Origin: Octopus vulgaris
Lineage: Eukaryota
Assembly (NCBI GenBank): GCA_951406725.2
Contig: OX597816.1
Location: 140,616,001 to 140,680,000 of the forward strand
Length of the DNA stretch: 64,000 nucleotides
Direction: 5' to 3'
Shown: positions 38,281 through 52,070 of the stretch, in pieces
How positions within the stretch are numbered: the stretch's first letter is position 1
Layout of the letters: each line of letters starts with the position of its first letter
Notes under the pieces: generated by a model
What the model was told of the DNA's origin: nothing
What the model saw: only the letters and a program-made list of their open reading frames with translations
The model's database searches: none
Position numbers and translations under genes: made by a program

Positions 38281-38399
38281 TTTGATACTAATCCACTTTA
38301 AATATATCAAACTGTACCAAGAATACAATATGCTTATAGGATGAAAATTAAACGAAGAAAAAAACAGAATTTTATCTAACAGATACAAGTAAAAATTAA

Positions 38400-38697
38400 A
38401 ACGCTTCTAAAGCAGACTGTCTTTGATCCTTATCAATCCGCATAAAATGAGTAAAGAACAAAACTATTTTTTAATACACCGTATGTAAATTAACAGATCT
38501 CAAGAGCCATTATTGTATTTTTAAAATCCATGACGGACCTAGATTCCTCCTGCGACACACATTTCGATACAAAATACCAACACGAAATTCTTAACGCGAT
38601 TTTTACACTAGTCTAGTATTTATCTACTTTCAAAACTAGAAAGTACCGCTGCTTTCAGTGTTATTTTCGCACCTTCTCCACTAAAGATTTATACATA
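38400..38697 (+). promoter_or_regulatory. Probable POLR2D promoter/5'UTR (locally CpG-retaining region)
   Basis: CpG dinucleotides are visibly more frequent around exon 1 and into intron 1 than in the CpG-poor flanks. The transcription start site cannot be determined. Confidence 0.5.
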
Positions 38698-38782
38698 ATG
38701 GCTGCCGCCTCTTCAACCACTACGGCAGCTACATCTAACGAACAAACAGAAGAAGATGCTTCGGAATTACAGTTTCCTAAAG
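38698..38782 (+). CDS. POLR2D: RNA polymerase II subunit RPB4, exon 1
   Basis: MAAASSTTTAATSNEQTEEDASELQFPK|gtatgt; conserved EEDASxLxFPKEF motif. Confidence 0.95.
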
Positions 38783-40954
38783 GTATGTTATCCATTAAAT
38801 TTTCCGGTTATTTGGTCTTTACATCATCTGTTATCATTTGAACGTCTGCATTATCGAATTGTATTCGTTTTTTTAAATTATTTTTTAGCAAAATTTTGCT
38901 AAGTTTCGATGAGAGATACAAGTAATTGTTGATAACTTTTTGTTATAAACCAAAGATGAATGAAGAGTTAATTAACTTTTCAGGGTTCCAATTCGGAGAG
39001 ATCGGATAGGAACTGATTTAGACCCCACTTAATTTCATGTATGGAATTTAGACGAATGCCAGTTGCATTGTTTTCTTATTCAATTTCAAAGCGTCAGAGT
39101 TGTTTGAGAAGAGTACTTACTCGCCTTATTAGCGCCGTTATTTAAATGGTTCCAATTAGGAATCGAAACCGAATCGCTAAGATTTCTTTTCCGAAATATT
39201 AATCCATTGCTTTATTTTACAATGTTTACAAAATTCTAGGTTCTTTAAGTCAGAGGAAACGGGCAGTTATAACCTGAATGATTCTCTTTTATTTGCAAAT
39301 ATTTTCATTTGGTTATTCAATAGCAATACAGTTTCTGTCGGACAATTCACTCACTGGTACTTATTTTGATAAAACATATAATTTGTTTACCGATTTCGGT
39401 AAACGGCATAACAACCGATTTCGGTAAAATTCATTGGAGTCCACTTCAGTTCGTCTTAACTTACAAAGAAAATGAAAATTTTTTAATGAAATCCTCTACA
39501 AATATACCTCGGACTATGTAGATTCAAAGGACATAGGAATTTTGGGAGTTATTTTTGAGAACTGTTCCCCATTCGGGGGTGTTTCAGAACAAGTCGTCCA
39601 TATTTGTTTCATTTTCTCCAAAGTCGGTGGGGTAGAAATCTGCAGTTATGCCCATAAAACTATACTTTATCCCTGTTCGTGTTTTTGGACATATATTATC
39701 CCTTGATGCAAAGGTAATGAAGTTTCGCTAAATTGTATCTGTTGCTGCTATGTTTTTTCTTTGAGATCCATTTAAAACCTTCGTCGAATTCAATCCAATC
39801 ACTTAACTGATCAGTTTTCTTTGTTTGAGTCAAGACAATTCCAGGATTTCTAAAAATGCGAATTTGTGTATGGTTATTTTGTAGCTATTTGTATATGTGC
39901 GAATGTGCTTGCATTAATGTAATGAATGTATTCTTATTGCTTTTGTACAGGTGAGTGTACTTTGTTTTGATGTATGTATACTGTATGTGAACATGATGGT
40001 ATATATTCCTTTTAGGGCAGCAGTTCTGAAATTCACAAATATCAGTCCCCACCTTCCATATTAGGGACCCTATTTCTTGAATCACGAGAAGACAATAGTT
40101 TGCATCCATAAAATTCATCTTCCTTAGACAAGTTTGAAAAATTTAAAACCATCAATGTTTATTAAACATAGCAACTCGCTTGCTCCCTTTTCAATCCCCT
40201 CAGTTACCCACTTCCCATTGAGAGACATTGTTCTATGAGATTTAAATGAAGAATTCTTGGAATGCTTTGCAAAACTTCATTCACTGGTATCATTTATCTA
40301 TGGGATTTTAGAGGACATGAGTTAATTTGATTTGTTAGAAAACCCTAAATTTCTTTACATTCTAGTTTTGAGGTTTCTTTGGTATGATCAGGTCAGTTGT
40401 TCCTATGAACAGTATTGTAAATCATTTTGACAATATCATTAATGTCATGTCTCATGGGAAGGTACTACTTTATAGATACTTTGGGGCAGTTGTGATGTTG
40501 TGGGCAGCATCTTTGATATTGGTATGACACATTTGACATTTTCTATCAAAACAGTGAATTGGAAGCATTCTCATCTCTTGTTGATCAGGGGATTTAGTAG
40601 CTACCAAAGAAATTGATATAGTTGAAGTTCAGTTTGAACATCTGCAAATGAATGCAGACAGGAGAGGAATTTCCAGAGGGTTTATGCACTGAGGAGTAAA
40701 GAATATGTCTAGTAATGAGTGTAGGGTTAGGAGAAGAAACTAGTAGAGATGGGTGACTGGGGGAAGTGTGCAAACACCATGCCCTACTTTACTATTGTGT
40801 GATTACATTAAAGAGGACATTATCAAGCTGTATGAACAATTGATCCAATAAATAAACAATTACCCTCGAGAAAGTATAGAAAATGAATTTAAAATAGTAA
40901 ATAAAATATTAAATTAAAACCGTCCTGATTATTTCTATTATACTATTATTTCAG

Positions 40955-41012
40955 AATTTGAGTCTGCTGAGACTTTGTTAATATCAGAAGTACATATGCT
41001 TTTAGAGCACAG
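40955..41012 (+). CDS. POLR2D: RPB4 exon 2
   Basis: tttcag|EFESAETLLISEVHMLLEHR|gtatgt; phase 1-2. Confidence 0.96.
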
Positions 41013-42164
41013 GTATGTAATTTTGAAATTTTGACACTGTTTTATTTATTTTTTATATTTTCTAAATATCTGTTGCATTCTTATTTAATATGTAATTTTG
41101 TTGTCATAAGTTTAAAAGTTAATATATTTAATTTGGATATAGAAGTGCTGTCTATTTTCCTTATAAACAGAAATAAACATAAAATATTTTCTCCCTATTA
41201 ATGAAATAATGGATCATGTTACATTTCGTTCTTATCTGTATACTATTATAATAAACCTTCACTGTTATATTGGTTTCATTGTAGTTTGATCAAACTAAAG
41301 TAAACTTGTTTGTAATTTTAGCAGAATTTTTTGAGATTTAATCAATCATATGTACTTGCCCATTAATTATCATCATCATCATCATATTAACATCTGTTAT
41401 CCATGCTGGCATGGGTTGGACTGTTTGACCAGAGCTGGCAAGCTGAGTAGCTGCACCAGACTCAGTCCGATTTGGCATGGTTTCTACAGCTGGATACTCT
41501 TCCTAACACCAATCACTTTACAAAGTGTGCTGGATGCTTTTATGTAGCACTGCACAAGTGCTTTAACATGGTGCTGCATGAACGCTTTTATTTTATACCA
41601 CCAGAAGGACCGGTCTTAATACTCCTGCTGCAGAGTATGGGTCTGAGAACTAAATCTTAGGGTGATTTAGTGCTCAAAGTCATACCACTTTAAATATATT
41701 GTGATTTCATTCATTTTTCTATAATTTATGTGTTGAGAGATTCTAATTGCATTTGATCTTTCATGCAAAATGTTAGTCACCTGACTAACAAAGGTAAATT
41801 TACATACGAAGTTATACATTTGTAAACTTGTCTAAACATCATTGTAATTAATATTTAAATTAATCCTTTTGATATAAAGTCATGTTCAAAACATCAGTTT
41901 AATATTGAAGTTATAACAAACTAAATTTTTGTTCTTAATCTAATTTGATCTGTTTTATTTCCTGTGCATTTTAGTTTCCAATTTCTTTATTAAATAATTT
42001 TAATCATTTTGGATTAGTCTTCTTGTTAAAATATAAAGAATTTTTATTTTAAACACAGTCTGTAACAACCTAATTTCATACAGTAAGTTAATAAATATTT
42101 GTAAAATATATATTTTGTGAAAATAAAATAGTAACTAAAAACATTGATTGTTTTCTTGAATCAG

Positions 42165-42287
42165 GAAGCAACAGAATGAAAGTGCTGAAGAAGAACAAGA
42201 ATTATCTGAAGTGTTCATGAAGACTCATCAGTATACACAACGTTTTAGCAAATTTAAAAACCGAGAAACAATCTCTGCTGTGAGAAG
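42165..42287 (+). CDS. POLR2D: RPB4 exon 3
   Basis: tcag|[41 protein letters not shown]|gtaaat; phase 2-2. Confidence 0.97.
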
Positions 42288-42763
42288 GTAAATTAAATAT
42301 TTATGTTCTATCATTTTCTTCTAACAAAGGTATTGGTAATAAGGCCTTTTGTTTATATTTAACAATATTTTTTATGCCAAAAATATAATCTGTTGCTGAG
42401 AGTGGGCTTGCTAAAAGGTGTTGAGAGTAAAATACTTTCATTTATATTTACTATATTTCTTAAACTAAAACCACAATCTCTGAAGAGAAGGAGGGAGAAA
42501 TTAATAAAATCATTCAATTTTAGATATATTCTAATGAAACCTTTTTTAAAAGTTAGTTAGGAACAGTAACCATAACATTTGCTGGCCCTCCAAATTGTTA
42601 CTTAATCTGAATAACTGAAGAAAAGTATGGGCTGGCAAGGAACTGAGGTTGCACTAGAATGAACTCCACTAAAAACACTCCAAAGTCTGGATGATGGTTA
42701 TGGTTATAAATCAGGTTATATATTAGGTATAACCCAATAGGACAACTTTGTTCATATCTTATA

Positions 42764-43108
42764 ACTCTTTTACATGTTTCAGTCATTTGACTGTGGCCAT
42801 GCTGGAGCACTGCCTTTAGTTGAGCAAATCAACCCCGGGACTTTTTCTTTGTAAGCCCAGTACTTATTCTATCAGTCTCTTTTGCCGAACTGCTAAGTAA
42901 CGGGGACGTAAACACACATACACATACATACATATACATATATACGACAGGCTTCTTTCAGTTTCCGTCTACCAAATCCACTCACAAGGCATTAGTCGGG
43001 CCGGGGCTATAGCAGAAGACACTTGCCCAAGATGCCATGCAGTGGGACTGAACCCGGAACCATGTGGTTGGTTAGCAAGCTACTTACCACACAGCCACTC
43101 CTGCGCCT
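42764..43108 (-). mobile_element. tRNA-derived SINE (third family) in POLR2D intron 3
   Basis: Minus-strand head aggcgcaggagtggctgtgtggtaag...ccgggttcagtccc. Related pieces at about 12770, 37070 and 59000. Confidence 0.8.
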
Positions 43109-43247
43109 AATTATAATTTAATGTATAGTTTAGAACATAGAAATCTCTTCACTATATGAAAATTCTCTGAATGACTTATATTTCTTTGTTGGTATACGAT
43201 TTTATATTGTAGGGTTGGTTCACTTTTTAGATTTCTTTTTCTTTCAG

Positions 43248-43343
43248 TCTTCTACTGCAGAAAAATTTACACAAATTTGAACTGGCAGCATTAGCCAATC
43301 TCTGCCCAGACAGTGCTGAAGAAGCAAAATCCTTGATACCAAG
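43248..43343 (+). CDS. POLR2D: RPB4 exon 4
   Basis: ctttcag|[32 protein letters not shown]|gtgtgt. Confidence 0.97.
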
Positions 43344-43746
43344 GTGTGTATGTATTGGTTGTATTAATATCTAGGTGTAAGTGAAACGAGTTTTAACTCC
43401 TCAGCCACCCACTACTAAGATCTCATTTATTCAATATGTTAAATTTTAAGAATCTTCACCGGCATCAATGAAACTTAGAGTTGAGTTTGTCCATTTAACT
43501 GGAGATTTTCAAACCTCTATTATTTGTGCTGAATGAACAGAAACTTGAGAGAAGACTCCTTAGTCTTACTGAAAACTAACTTGCCTAGTGTTGGTACCTT
43601 GAAAAATGTACCCAGTACACACTGTAAAGATGTTGACCAAATGATATATATGACTGAATCATGACTCCCAAACCTATCTAAGAGGGCAATGACACTGAAT
43701 AGATGCTAAGTCAGATCATAATCGTTTTCTGTTGAGAACATCTTTG

Positions 43747-44157
43747 GGATCTTTTCGGTTTGAACGGCAGTTTTTTAAAATAATTTCCACGTAACTAAAC
43801 ACTTTTAAACTTCATATACTGGTAGAATGTGTTTATAAAACATCTTTTTCTCTTGGCTTTATTGAGAAAATTCTATAGTTTGTAAGATATTTGTTGTTTT
43901 TTTTTTTCTTCAATTTCTACAATTTCAACCAATCAATGACGTCTATTGAGGTGAAAACATTCTGTGCCGTATGAATATGTCCCTCGTTTAAGAAACAGAT
44001 TGGGTTTATTTACATTTCTGAAGAAAAAAATACCATTCCCCCCACCCCTAACCCTAAAACAGATTGAAATGCAATAGATCGATACTAGGGTTATAATTAT
44101 GGGTGACAATTTCATATGACACCGCTAGAAAAACTGCCGTTCAAACCGGAAAGATCC
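43747..44157. mobile_element. MITE with 29-bp TIRs and an 8-bp TSD (Merlin-like) in POLR2D intron 4
   Basis: catctttg|ggatcttttcggtttgaacggcagttttt...aaaaactgccgttcaaaccggaaagatcc|catctttg. The superfamily is inferred from the GG termini and 8-bp TSD. Confidence 0.88.
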
Positions 44158-44487
44158 CATCTTTGTATTATTCTTGAATTTTCTTGGTTTCTGCTTCTTT
44201 CTGTGCTGCCTTATCCCCAGCAAACAAAAATGTCTTATAAAGTTTGCAATAAAATATGAGTGTTTTGACTGGAATTTCATTGACCTGTAAAGAAATTCTC
44301 TCTTATAATTCCATTGAATGTTATGAAAACAAAAATTGTGATGATAGAAGGATTTCCTTATATATTTTATTAACGACAAGTCCCTGTCTTTAATTCAAAT
44401 TAATTAGTTCATTTACATTTATCTAGAATTTTCTTGCAACAGCATTGAAAATATTTATTAAGGAATTGCAACTAAAAAGATATTTAA

Positions 44488-44589
<102 letters not shown>

Positions 44590-44701
44590 AGAATAACCAT
44601 TGTAATTACCACAATTTCATTATAAACCATTCCTTATCATTTGAAATTCTTTTTTCTTTATTTTTTAAAAATTTCATCCTTGTAATTCACATTCTGAACT
44701 G

Positions 44702-44707
44702 AATAAA
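44702..44707 (+). promoter_or_regulatory. Candidate POLR2D polyadenylation signal
   Basis: AATAAA about 110 nt after the stop codon, followed by GT-rich sequence. Confidence 0.6.
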
Positions 44708-44829
44708 TGCTTGAATTCCTGGATAAATGTTTGAGTTGCTTAATGCTGTCGTTGTTATTGTCCTTTTATTTAAAAAGAAAAAAAAAGTTCCTGAAAATAT
44801 CAACCTTACTATTTTAGTCAAAAGTAATA

Positions 44830-45560
44830 TGAATTAGGATGAGTGGAGTTCTCCAAAATTATTTGCAACAGTGACTTAATAGTACCAAGATGCTGGTCAA
44901 GAAAACATACTGTCAACTGCATATCCTTGCAACTCAACACACGCCTAAGACAGTCACACCCTTCTAACTTCACCAACAACTGGCCTATCATCTTAAGTGT
45001 ATTTCCCTTTTCTGTGATTTCTACAGAACCAGGTCTATTGGATACATGCTCTCCAACATAATATACCTGTGATCTTTCATTCCTGAGAATTTCAGTAAAA
45101 TCAGTGTTGTTACTCAAGACATGAGCAAAACCTTTAACCCTTTCCTGCACAAAAACCTTCATGTTAAGTTGGTCATATTTGACTTTGATACAACTCTTAT
45201 TTCTTGACTTTCAAATTTCCTATAAAACTAATTCTTTGTAGCATATGTTAACAGGACTCACTCTAGTCTATAATCATACCAATTTTTGTGTGTCTCAAGG
45301 TTTGGTTTCTACCATATATTAACGATATGCTGTTACTTCCCACAGTATGCACTCCAGCAGTGATATCACTCTTCTTACTTAACCTTCTGCACATAGGCAC
45401 CATCTTCATGTAAACTCAAGCTGGACTTGCAATGCCTCCTTAAACACCTCAAAAACATTTGCAATGGATACGTGACACCTCATCTCCTTAAAACATACAC
45501 ACTCAATCACTACATATATTAAGGAAAAATTTCATGCTACCCCTTGCCTCTGCATTAACC
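44830..45560 (+). mobile_element. Old CR1/Jockey-like LINE RT remnant
   Basis: SVVTQDMSKTFN (cf. DISKAFD) and CVSQG...IYIND motifs. Confidence 0.6.
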
Positions 45561-45859
45561 CACAGTCAAAACCTTTAAAGTGATATAATAGCTGGACTTG
45601 ATTAAATTTCTGACAATTCATGGTGACTAAAGTCCTTTTTTTTTTCAGAACCAGAAAATACTTCAGTTCTGATCAATTACTGACCTTCTAAAATGTTTTG
45701 GTAAGAATATGATACTGCTCACATATAAGGGATATTATTGCTGCTATTTGTACATTAGCATCCTTGACTGAATCTAAACTGCTATTTGGCTGATTGGAAA
45801 AAGATACATTCATCAATTACATCACAAATTACCAAATTCACTAAGCATATGTTTATTCT

Positions 45860-47705
45860 AGCACATGGAAATTGAGACAACCATAATTAAGAGCAATAAG
45901 CCCGGACAGTTGACAATAAATATCCTCCAGATATGCGCTGATTGAAATCGAGGATACCCTGCTCAAAATGGGTGGGGCAGCATTGAACACATTCGGTTTG
46001 CCATCCTCATTGCGACAGGATGTTAACACACTCACACCAAAGTTACTTCTGGAGTTGTCATATGACGCTGATGGCCTTGCAGAGTACCTGAGAGCAAATG
46101 AACCAAAATTGCTCCCTGATCAGAGGCTGGTATACGAAACCATCGTCAGTGCCATTGAAAAACAGGTGGGCAGCATTGTTTTCCTTGATGCTGCCGGCAA
46201 ATCCTTTGTAACACAATTAATACTTGCTAAGATTTGTCACGAGAAAAAATTGCACTAGCCGTTGCTTCCTCGGGAATTGTTGCTACGTTATTGCTTGGAG
46301 GTCGGACAGCGCACTTGACATTCAAGCTGCCTTTACATTTGGTGAGGGCTGAGGTTCCTACTTGCAACATTGGCAAAAATTCAGAAGAAGCTGAAGTACT
46401 TAGACAGTGCCATCTCATTGTATGGGACAAATGCACAATGACCAATAAGGGTGCCCTTGAGGCACTGGACCGGTCACTGAAAGGTATCAAGGATTCTACA
46501 GCTTCTATGGGTGGTGTAACTCTATTGCTTTCAGGAGATTTCCGGCAAACCCTTCCTGTCATCCCTAAAGGGAGCTGGGCTGATGAAGTGCATACATGCC
46601 GTAAGTCATCCACGTTGTGGCTCCGGGTTAAGACCTTAAGCCTAAGCACAAACATGCATGCGCACTTGCTTGGTGATCACGTCTGCAGCATTCGCTGAAG
46701 ACATTTTAGCCCTTGGAGAAGGCAAGGTCCCTAGGAATGATAGGGGCAACATCGTAGACAACCCTTCCAATCTTTTGGAAACAGTGTTCCCCATCGGGAA
46801 AGTAATTATGCAGACCTCAATTGGCTCAGTGAAAGAACCATCCAGGCCCCCAAAAACGTAGCTGTCAGTACTATCAACGACCAGCTCATAAGCCGAATTC
46901 CAGGTGAGGAGCGCATCTACAAATCGATTGACCGGACCTCTGATCCCCAAGACATTGTCAATTACCCTATCAAGTTTCTCAACTCATTGGAGCCAGCAGG
47001 GCTTCCACCTCACATTCTTACGCTAAGGGTTGGTTACCCAGTTATGTTAATCAGAAACTTGCTTCCCCCTAAACAGTGCAACAGGACCCGCTTAACAATC
47101 AAGTCCCTACGCCCCACTTGATTGAGGCCACCATTGTGACAGAGTGTGGGAGGGGTGAAAATGTTTTCATTTCAAGGATGCAGCTTTATTCCTTGGGGTC
47201 AGACATGCCGTTTAACTTCTGCAGATCGCAGTTCCTGGTGAGACCTTGCTTTGCCATGTCCATCAACAAATCCCAAGGCCAAACACTATCAGTGGCAGGC
47301 ATCCATTTGGGCTTTTCCATTCAATCAGGATAAAAAATTGATAAACCAATTCCTTATAGGATTTCCCACTAAAATTGGCTACACCCCATTTTCAACCATA
47401 ACTTTTACCAATTTTGACATATTTTGTTCAAACTTGATGCCAGCATTACTTAGGACTCATGGGATCTTTGAATGCTTTAAGTTAAAAAAAAAAAACAATT
47501 GATGAGTGGAAGTAATCGATACACCAATTCCTTATGGGATTTCCCAATCAAATTGCCTACAATCCATTTTCAGCCAAACATTTACCAATTTCAACGGATT
47601 TCACTCAAATTTGATGTCGGTGTCACTTATTTTGGTTTGAGATAAAGCGATTGATCACTTAATAATCCTAACTTAATCCTGGGCAACACTGGGCTATACT
47701 GCTAG
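45860..47705 (+). mobile_element. Helitron 3' portion: frameshifted PIF1 helicase plus terminal hairpin and CTAG
   Basis: VFLDAAGKSF, AVASSGIVATLLLGGRTAH, LIVWDKCTM, SGDFRQTLPVIP and FAMSINKSQGQTLS. Ends cctgggcaacactggg...gCTAG|t. Confidence 0.93.
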
Positions 47706-47713
47706 TTATTATT

Positions 47714-48140
47714 AAGGCAGGAAGCTGGCAGAATCATTAGCACACTGGACTAAATGCTTAGTGGCATTTTGCTTGTTGCTATGTTCTGAGTTCAAATTCC
47801 ACCAGGGTTGATAAATTAAGTACCAGTGAAACACTGGACTCAGTGTAATTGACTATCCTCCTCCCCCAAAATTTCAGGCTTTGTGCCTGTAGTAGAAAGG
47901 ATTATTATTATTATTATTTTTGTTATACAAGGCAGTGAGCTGGCAGAATTGTTAACATGCTGGACTAAAATACTTAGCCACATTTCATTCGTCTTTATGT
48001 TCTGAGTTCAAATTCTGCTGAGGTCAACTTCGCTTTTCATCTTACCAGGGTTGATAAAATAAGTACCAGTTAAACACAGGGGCCAATGTAATCAACTTGT
48101 CCCCCAAAATTGGCAGCCTTGTGTCAAAATTTGAAATTTA
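47714..48140 (+). mobile_element. Two tandem tRNA-derived SINEs
   Basis: Same unit as 7606-8490, separated by (ATT)n. Confidence 0.85.
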
Positions 48141-50285
48141 TGGTGATGATCCCTAAATGATGTGGTCGATTTAGCTTTTTGTTTTCCCATCAGGTGTTGT
48201 CTAATTTAACTTACAAGGGTGGATCAAAAAGTTCACAGAATTTTTTAATAGCATGTCAGAACACTTCACTGGGTGTTTGCCCTGCTTTTAGTTACCTGCA
48301 ATCAGTTTCATGGAAGCCTCTGTATTGTTCAGACCCTCTAAAAGAGAAGCTACTTTTTCGACCATGGAAAACATATTTTGAGGTAAGGTCGAATATCAAA
48401 TTTTTGGTAAAACTCAAATGGAAAGGAACACAGATCATTGAGGCTTTGGAAAAAGTTTATGGAACTCGTGCTCCAAAAGAGACTACAGTCTACAAGTGGA
48501 TTCAGCGATTCAAAGAAGGAAGAGATGACTTTGAAGACAATCCTTGCTCGGGAAGACCAGGAACCTCAAAAAAAATGATGCAAACATCGAGGCTGCTCGA
48601 AATTTAATTGAAAAAGATCGGCGAATAACTGTCAATCAGATAGCTACGTCCATAGACATTTCCTATGGTCGGCAAATTCAATTCTTCATGATAATTTGGG
48701 ACTGAGCAAGCTTTCAGCACGATGGGTCCCAAAAGCGTTGCAGCTTGATCAACAAAATCTTCGAAGTGATCTCTCCTTAACATTATTGAACAAAATTGAA
48801 GCAGACGAAGAGCAATTTCTGGCGAAAATTATCACCGGAGATGAGACTTGGATTTACCAGTATGATCTTGAGTCCAAAAATCAGTCAGAGCAATGGCTCC
48901 CATGTGGATCTTCAGGACCCATCAAGTTCAGATCTCAAAAGTCGGCTCAAAAAGTGATGGCCACGGTTTTCTGGGATTCAGAGGGTGTGATACTGATAGA
49001 TTACCTTGAAAATCAAAGAACAGTAACAGGAGTTTACTATGCTGAGGTTTTAAGGAAGCTAAAGGACGCTTTGATTAAAAAACGGAAAGAGAAACTTCAT
49101 GGTTTCATCATGACAATGTACCAGCGCATTCTTCGAGGGTTGCGCAAGATGTCCTTCGAGAATTTTGATGGGAAGTGCTTCCTCACCCACCATATAGTCC
49201 CAATTTAGCTCCATCAGACTTCTTCCTTTTTCCAAAACTCAAAGAAATCGTCAAAGGAACCAATTTTAATGACATAGAAGCAAAACACTGTGCCACTACT
49301 TGGCTCTGAAAATATCCTCCAGAATTCTTTTAAAACGGGCTTCGAACCTGGAAACATCGACTTGAGAAGTGCATTGACTTGAATGGCAACTATGTTGAGA
49401 AATAAGCTCACGTATATATGTTGTTTTTGTAAAATAAATTAATTTCTTAAAAATTCCGCGAACTTTTTGATCCACCCTCATATGTTTATTCTTGTGCTCA
49501 AAGAGTGTATCACCTACAACCAGGTTACTTTCTTCACAAATGTCTGTCAGGCGTTTGCCTTTGTGATCTGACCCGTTCCACACTGTCCTGTGATTCATTC
49601 TTTGTTTCCATTGTTGCTTCCAACTCTTGTGTTGAAATCTTCCATTAAAAATAGCGCATCATGTTTTGGTATGTTTTTCAATGTTGAACATAGTACATTG
49701 TAAAATTTATCTTTGTCCTCATCTTCAGAATCTTCAATGAGCGCATAAGACACTATAATAGATAATTTTGTATAGTGTGAGTTTAATCTGACATGTAGTA
49801 ATTGTTCATTAATCAGAGTTCATTGAAGTAATGTATTTACATGTTTCTTTCCAATAATGAGAGTGACACCTTGCTGATGTGTCATCTTGTCTACCAGACC
49901 ATATAATAGTTTCTCCAGAACTGGTTTTCTGCTTCCCTGGTCCATCTTGCTTTGGTTATTCCAAGTAGATCCAGGTGATAGTTGTTCATTTCATGTAGTA
50001 CCTGTGCTAATTTTCCCTATTGAAAGAAGGTTCTCACATTCCAGCATCAAAATCTACAAAGAGTTTTGGGGGTCAGGAAGTCAGGCATCAGGCTGGATAC
50101 TTCCTTTCAGCTTTGATCTCCAACCATCATAAAATCGTTCCTTTGCCCAAAGAAAAGGAGTTTGGGTTTTATTTTTATATCATTATTTCTTGTTACCGTT
50201 TCTGTAGTTTGTGATACTTTTACAGGATGGGATGCTAGCCCTATGCCCAACCCTCCTCTTTCATCTGGGCTTGGGACTGGCGTAG
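48141..50285 (-). mobile_element. RTE LINE 5' part (5'UTR motif and AP endonuclease), split by a mariner insertion
   Basis: Removing the mariner restores TLFEHKNKH-KLN*TTPDGKTKS*IDHII. The 5' end reads gccagtcccaagcccagatgaaagaggagggttgggc. Confidence 0.8.
48214..49480 (+). mobile_element. Full-length mariner element with a frameshifted transposase
   Basis: TA|caagggtggatcaaaaagttc...gaactttttgatccaccctca|TA. Motifs WVPKAL, TGDETW, HDN and HPPYSPNLAPSDF. Confidence 0.95.
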
Positions 50286-51314
50286 GCAGAGTCTGTTTAA
50301 TATAATGGACATATTTGATTTATTTGCTTTATTGGTAATGTTAGTAAGTAGAACAAGAGTAGTCCAAAAAACTTCCATTTATGTGACAACATTTTTAGTG
50401 CTTTCAGAATATGAATATGCACATCAGTTGTTATTTGCATATTGTTGTAAATAAGGTGGTTCTATATTTGGAAGCAGAGTTAAGGATTCTGTATTTAGAT
50501 TCTTTTAAATTTGAAGTCTTTTGGTGGTGAATAATTGCAGTTCTTTAGCTTCTAAGTCAATTCTGACCAAGCAGACTTAGCTACTATATCAAACATTATT
50601 CAAGCTGGTAGAGTTTGATTCAAGAAGAGTTTTGCAAAGAACTATTTTTATAACTGTTTTCAGTTGTCGATCTGCCACCATCTTCATATCTCTCTTTTCA
50701 TGTGTGTTTCTCATTCTCTATATCTTTCTGTACTCTGCCGAAGAGAAAGAGAAAAAGATTAAAGTGAGATTGAAGCAGAAAGGAAAATAGAGTTTGATAT
50801 CACACTAACATTTTAGAATCTTTTGTTGACTCACACTACCATACTTTCGCAACTTTCTGTGATTCCATTTTTTACCAATATCATTTCATTTCAACTTTCT
50901 ATCTTTCTCCATCTCTCATCTTGACAAACTGCATGACATGGTTCAAAGGAGATTAGGTCACTATTTCTCAAAATTATGCTATACAATACTTTCCTGTGTG
51001 ATAGCTAATATATATGTTTTATAGGTAATTGTTTCATAGTTTCTAAATACAAAGCAGACATATGTAAAGACAGTTTCATGTATAGTTTAGCAGTGGTACC
51101 CAGCAATGCCTGTTTTTTAAAGTTAGAACATACATATATACATAGGTACTTGTATATATACATAAGACATTTGTTGCATCAAAGTAATAGTCCACCAATG
51201 TCAAGATTTTATACATGCATAAGTCATGCATGCAAGGTGCGAAATCCTTATGAACCTGGTAACATTTCAACTAATTGTAATCATACAGTACTTTCTTCTA
51301 CCCCTTTTCATCTT

Positions 51315-52070
51315 CTCACTTCTATTCTTAAGGGAGGGTGAGAAGTATGCTTGCACTCAGTAATCTCGAAAAGAATGTGGCATGGAAGTGCTACTTTGAA
51401 AGGTTATTAAACATTGAGAATATCTAGAAAAAAGGTCCTCAGAATGTGAATCCAACAGAACCAGCTATCCTTGTTGATAACAGTATGATAGATGAGGTAA
51501 TTAGGACTCCGTAAACAGGGAAAGTCCCTGGCCCTTCTGAAATTACTGTTAAGATGCTTAAAATATCTGACACAGTAAGATACAGGTTTGTCACCCATAT
51601 AGTTAATCAGGTTATATAGGAAGTTGTCATATTCAATGACTGACATTGCATCATTATAGTTAGCTGTTACAGGGGTAAAGTAAATGCCTTAGATAGAAGC
51701 ATTTACTGAAATATCAAACTGCTGGACTAAGTCGTGAAAGTTACAGAGAAAGCTATAGCCCAGTTAACAAGGAACAAAATTTGACTTGAGACACTGTTGG
51801 TTTTGTGGCTCTTATTGACTTGCCAGGATTCTAGTTAATTTGGCATTCATTGATCTGAAGGGTCCTCCACTCTGTGATATGAGATCTCTGGGGAAGCTAG
51901 GAGTAGATGAATTGATTGCAAAAGTGTTGTCTTTAAGATAAGAGTTAGCCATGATAACAGGGATGAATTTAGGCTACTGGTAGGAGTTAACCAGAATCAA
52001 TTCTCAACTCCCTCCTATTCATCATTGTCCTCCAGACTATAATGGAAGAATTGCTGTGGTAGACAGGTCT
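51315..52070 (+). mobile_element. Decayed RTE RT fragment homologous to 8730-9536
   Basis: GKVPGPSEITVKMLKIS and CYRGKVNALD. Confidence 0.75.
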
